From contig JBAYGS010000003.1 in the NCBI GenBank assembly GCA_041666545.1, positions 41,086-105,085 of the forward strand: 64,000 nt of DNA, in the 5' to 3' direction. Position numbers and translations under genes: made by a program. The notes beneath the pieces are model-generated. The model made no database searches, had not been told where the DNA came from, and worked only from the letters and a program-made list of their open reading frames with translations. The stretch comes from Minisyncoccota bacterium. Lineage in GTDB: Bacteria > Patescibacteriota > Minisyncoccia > Phycocordibacterales > JBAYGS01. Positions 60,973 through 64,000 of the stretch are shown in pieces (the stretch's first letter is position 1; each line of letters begins with the position of its first letter).

Positions 60973-62067
60973 ATGGCGTCTTTTGTAAAATCTTTTCTGC
61001 GTTTTTTCCCAACCCCGCAATTTTTGGCAATGCCGGCGGTCGGTCTAGATGTTTCTGATCGGGCAATCCGGTTTGTTGAGTTTGGCCGCCGTTCCGGTCT
61101 GCCGGTCCTGAAAAATTTTGGCGAAATTATTCTCCCAGAGGGATTAGTGGTTGGCGGGGAGATTAAAAAGCCCAAGGAATTATCAGAGATTTTGACACAG
61201 GTCAAAGCGAGAACCGGTCTCAAATTTGCTAGAGTTGCTCTGCCGGAAGAAAAAGCTTATTTATTTAGAACCGTAATTCCCAAAGTCGAAGCCAAAGAGG
61301 TGCGTAGTCTTTTGGAATTCAAGTTGGAAGAAAATGTGCCCTTGTCGCCGGCCGAAGTAATTTTTGATTACGAAATTATTCCAAGTCGCGGGCCTAAATC
61401 TGGAAATGAGCTGGAAATCAGTGTCTCGGCTATCCCTCGCCAGTTTGTTGTGGATTTTTCCAATGTTTTGGGATTGGCGGGGCTGACTCCGATTTCTTTT
61501 GAAGTGGAGGCCAGGGCTTTTGTGCGGACTTTGCTAAAAAAGAATGATTCACGGGCCACGATTATCGTCTTTTTCAAAGAAACCAAAACCGTTTTAGCTG
61601 TGGCTATCGGCAACTTAATCTATTTTACTTCAACCCTAAGTATTAGCGGTGAAATGCTTACTAAAACTCTGGCGAACACTCTTAAAATTGCACCGGAAGT
61701 AGCGCGTCGTTTAAAAGCGGAGAAAGGTTTGGCCGGCTATAAAGAAAATCTTGATGTTTTCGCTTCGCTCACTACTGTTTTGGCGGCTCTCAAGGATGAG
61801 ATTAGTCGGATTATGATTTATTGGAATTCACACGAGAAAATTCATAACCGTGTCGAGCAGGATATCAGTCGAGTGGTATTTTGTGGCCAGGATTCGGCCA
61901 TTCCTGGTTTTGATGTCTACATGCGCGCCGCGCTTGGGGTTGAGGTGGCGGTCGGTAATGTTTGGCTCAACGCTTTTGATTTCGATGATTGTATTCCGGA
62001 TATTAGCCAGAGCGAATCGCTCAATTATGCGACCGCTATCGGGCTGGCTTTACCGAAAGAGTTATAG
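60973..62067 (+). CDS. pilM: type IV pilus assembly protein PilM (actin-like ATPase; probable start MPAVGLDV at 61030)
   Basis: VGLDVSDRAIRFVEF N-terminus and a C-terminal GG..IPGF...LG motif. Followed by pilN- and pilO-like genes. Confidence 0.7.
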   Translation: MASFVKSFLRFFPTPQFLAMPAVGLDVSDRAIRFVEFGRRSGLPVLKNFGEIILPEGLVVGGEIKKPKELSEILTQVKARTGLKFARVALPEEKAYLFRTVIPKVEAKEVRSLLEFKLEENVPLSPAEVIFDYEIIPSRGPKSGNELEISVSAIPRQFVVDFSNVLGLAGLTPISFEVEARAFVRTLLKKNDSRATIIVFFKETKTVLAVAIGNLIYFTSTLSISGEMLTKTLANTLKIAPEVARRLKAEKGLAGYKENLDVFASLTTVLAALKDEISRIMIYWNSHEKIHNRVEQDISRVVFCGQDSAIPGFDVYMRAALGVEVAVGNVWLNAFDFDDCIPDISQSESLNYATAIGLALPKEL

Positions 62068-62082
62068 CTGAAATTTAAAAAT

Positions 62083-62625
62083 ATGTTCAAGCTTTTACCA
62101 GAAGAACAGGCGAAAATTATTAAGAGGGAGTACTATTTTCGGATTACCACCACTTCCTTGTTTTTGCTTTTCTTGGCGACCTTACTGGCCTTAGCTTTTC
62201 TTTATCCGATTGACATTCTTTCTTCGTACAAAGTGAATAGTGCTCAGGCGACTTTGAAATCGGAACATGCCGATGAAATCTCAAGCGGAACAAGCAGTTT
62301 GGGTCCAGTTTTGGCAAGAGCGAAAACTGAGCTAGATTTGCTTGGTCAGTTCCGGTCGCCAGTCTCTTGGTATATGCTTCTGGGACGATTGATAAATGTC
62401 AAACCAAAAGGGGTAGTTATCAATTCCTTGAATTTAGGGAAAGGTGCTAAGGACAATGAGTTGTCTATTGGATTTGGCGGGGTAGCGGATGATCGCTTTA
62501 CTCTGCTCGAGCTTGCCAAAAATCTTGAAAAACAAAGTATATTTTCCAAGGTCGTTCTGCCGGTTTCAGAATTGGCCAAAAATAAAGATCTCAACTTTTC
62601 GCTTAGCACGACCGCAACTTTTTAA
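62083..62625 (+). CDS. pilN: PilN-like inner-membrane pilus assembly protein
   Basis: 180 aa. N-terminal cytoplasmic segment, single TM, periplasmic domain. Position after pilM. Confidence 0.45.
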   Translation: MFKLLPEEQAKIIKREYYFRITTTSLFLLFLATLLALAFLYPIDILSSYKVNSAQATLKSEHADEISSGTSSLGPVLARAKTELDLLGQFRSPVSWYMLLGRLINVKPKGVVINSLNLGKGAKDNELSIGFGGVADDRFTLLELAKNLEKQSIFSKVVLPVSELAKNKDLNFSLSTTATF

Positions 62626-62628
62626 AAT

Positions 62629-63174
62629 ATGAAACCGAAAAATACTACAACTAAAACTCTTCTGGCGCTCGCTGTCTGCTTGGCTTTGGGCGGACTCGTT
62701 GGCTACTATTTTTATTTCAATCATATTAAGGGCGACGGGGAAGCTGCTTCGAGCCTGCAAAATGAAATTGATCTCCTGGCGGAAAAAGCGACAAGACTAG
62801 ATTCAATCAAATCAATTTTGGCCGATACTTCTTCTGATCGGGCCAAATTGGCGAAGGCGGTGGTGGCAGCCGATGGGGTGGCCAATTTTGCGAGCGAGCT
62901 GGAGGCGTTGGGGGTAAGCCTTGGCACGACGGTGGCAATCGGCTCGCTTGATGTGAAGAGTCTGTCCGGTTTAGGCTCTGATACTTTGGAAATTTTGGCA
63001 GTCCGGCTTTCGGCTAGCGGTTCTTGGCGACAAGTTACAAGATTGTTTAGTGCTTTGGAGAACTTACCTTATGGCCTGCGTTTCGAGCAGGTCTCTCTCA
63101 ATAAATCAGTCGACTCCAAAACTGGCGTCAGTTGGCAGGTGGCCTTTTCACTGGAAGTCCTAAAAAGAAAATAA
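62629..63174 (+). CDS. pilO: PilO-like pilus assembly protein
   Basis: 181 aa. Single TM, coiled coil (QNEIDLLAEKATRLDSI), C-terminal domain. Position after pilN. Confidence 0.4.
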   Translation: MKPKNTTTKTLLALAVCLALGGLVGYYFYFNHIKGDGEAASSLQNEIDLLAEKATRLDSIKSILADTSSDRAKLAKAVVAADGVANFASELEALGVSLGTTVAIGSLDVKSLSGLGSDTLEILAVRLSASGSWRQVTRLFSALENLPYGLRFEQVSLNKSVDSKTGVSWQVAFSLEVLKRK

Positions 63175-63524
63175 ATTCTATGGATCTAAAAAATATTAAT
63201 CAATTGGTCAAGGCGGTAGGGGCAGATTCCAAAGGGGTTGGAGCCTGGTTTGTCCAAGCCAAACGCGACCCGAACCGTGCCTGGGAAATAATTTTCGGTA
63301 GCTTTCTGGTGGTGGCTTTATTACTCTTGGCTTTTTCCGGCTATTTATTTGTAAAGATTAATCGTGGAGAAATTTTTACTGTCAGTAAACCGGCCACCGA
63401 AAATCTGGGAACGATCGACCGCGAGAAAGTAAAGCAGGCTCTAGACGCAATGGACCGCAAGGCCTTGAAACTTAAGGAAATCAAAAATGGCGGCACAATT
63501 TATGTTGACCCCTCCTTGCAGTGA
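63132..63524 (+). CDS. small single-TM protein downstream of pilO (probable start MDLKNIN at 63180)
   Basis: The tracked ORF overlaps pilO, so an in-frame later start is likely. One TM helix FGSFLVVALLLLAF. Confidence 0.3.
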   Translation: MAGGLFTGSPKKKINSMDLKNINQLVKAVGADSKGVGAWFVQAKRDPNRAWEIIFGSFLVVALLLLAFSGYLFVKINRGEIFTVSKPATENLGTIDREKVKQALDAMDRKALKLKEIKNGGTIYVDPSLQ

Positions 63525-63578
63525 AAGATTTGAATCGATAGATTAAAAATCAATCCTTTGCTATATTTGCAGACGATT

Positions 63579-63650
63579 GCCCCTGTAGTTTAATGGATAG
63601 AACTGTGGACTTCTAAGCCACTAATGGGTGTTCGATTCACCCCGGGGGCA
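63579..63650 (+). tRNA. tRNA-Arg (anticodon UCU)
   Basis: Hand-folded: GCCCCUG-UA-GUUU-AAUGGAUA-GAAC-U-GUGGA-CUUCUAA-GCCAC-UAAUG-GGUGUUCGAUUCACC-CCGGGGGC-A. One U-G pair in the acceptor stem and one A-G at the base of the anticodon stem. Confidence 0.7.
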
Positions 63651-63676
63651 CAGAATTAGCTGTATATAAATTAAGT

Positions 63677-64000
63677 ATGTTTACAGGTCGTGTTGGTCAA
63701 AATGAAAATGTCCCGACTCCGGAAAAACCACCTTTTTTGTATCATGGTTCTGCACATAAGCATATTGAGGAATTAGAGCCAAGAAATGAAAGTGTAAGAG
63801 ATCCGGGAGAAGGTCCTGTTGTTTTTGCTACCCAAGAATTAGCACTAGCGACCATTTTTATGGCCGCGGGTGTTGTGGAAAGTGGTAAGTCTGGTGATGT
63901 ACCCTACGCGGTTATTGTTGGCACCAAAGAAATATTTAAACGAGATGATAATGGTGGCCATGTTTACATTCTGCCGAGTGCCAGTTTCGAAAAGGACCCC
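63677..64000 (+). CDS. hypothetical protein, 5' partial at window edge (ORF open to the end of the window)
   Basis: ATG at 63677, then 108 sense codons with no stop to position 64000: MFTGRVGQNENVPTPEKPPFLYHGSAHKHIEELEP... Confidence 0.3.
   Translation, partial: MFTGRVGQNENVPTPEKPPFLYHGSAHKHIEELEPRNESVRDPGEGPVVFATQELALATIFMAAGVVESGKSGDVPYAVIVGTKEIFKRDDNGGHVYILPSASFEKDP

Overview
This 64 kb window looks like a chromosomal segment from a small-genome bacterium, possibly CPR/Patescibacteria-like (inference only). It spans the replication-origin gene set: rpmH-rnpA-yidC-jag on the minus strand, diverging from dnaA-dnaN on the plus strand, with DnaA-box-like sites. Many housekeeping genes are recognisable: pnp, comM, uvrD/pcrA, rsmA, PBP1A, tyrS, ruvC, yebC, ruvB, ruvA, ruvX, polA, tsaE, holA-like, fpg, a Mur ligase, rpsT, DedA and a SpoU methyltransferase. 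Type IV pilus genes are present as pilB/gspE and pilM-N-O. A 13 kb co-directional envelope/secretion locus (11.8-25.1 kb) carries a VirB4-like ATPase and a VirB6/TrbL-like polytopic protein (T4SS-like), interrupted by two four-helix-bundle genes (23S rRNA IVS / Avd-like family) that are bracketed by short repeats. Five tRNAs were identified by hand: Lys-UUU, Arg-CCG, Arg-GCG, Ser-UGA and Arg-UCU. Several have partial tRNA copies and conserved hairpins in their flanks. The most distinctive feature is at least five families of 30-100 bp dispersed repeats, each built from a nucleotide alphabet that nearly lacks one base. They sit at gene boundaries and are also inserted in frame inside conserved genes (tsaE, polA, fpg). 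A few high-GC genes form possible acquired islets: lipoprotein/secreted-protein genes at 40.1-41.8 kb and a stand-alone GspE N-domain protein at 54.4 kb. No CRISPR array, rRNA, integrase or reverse transcriptase was seen.
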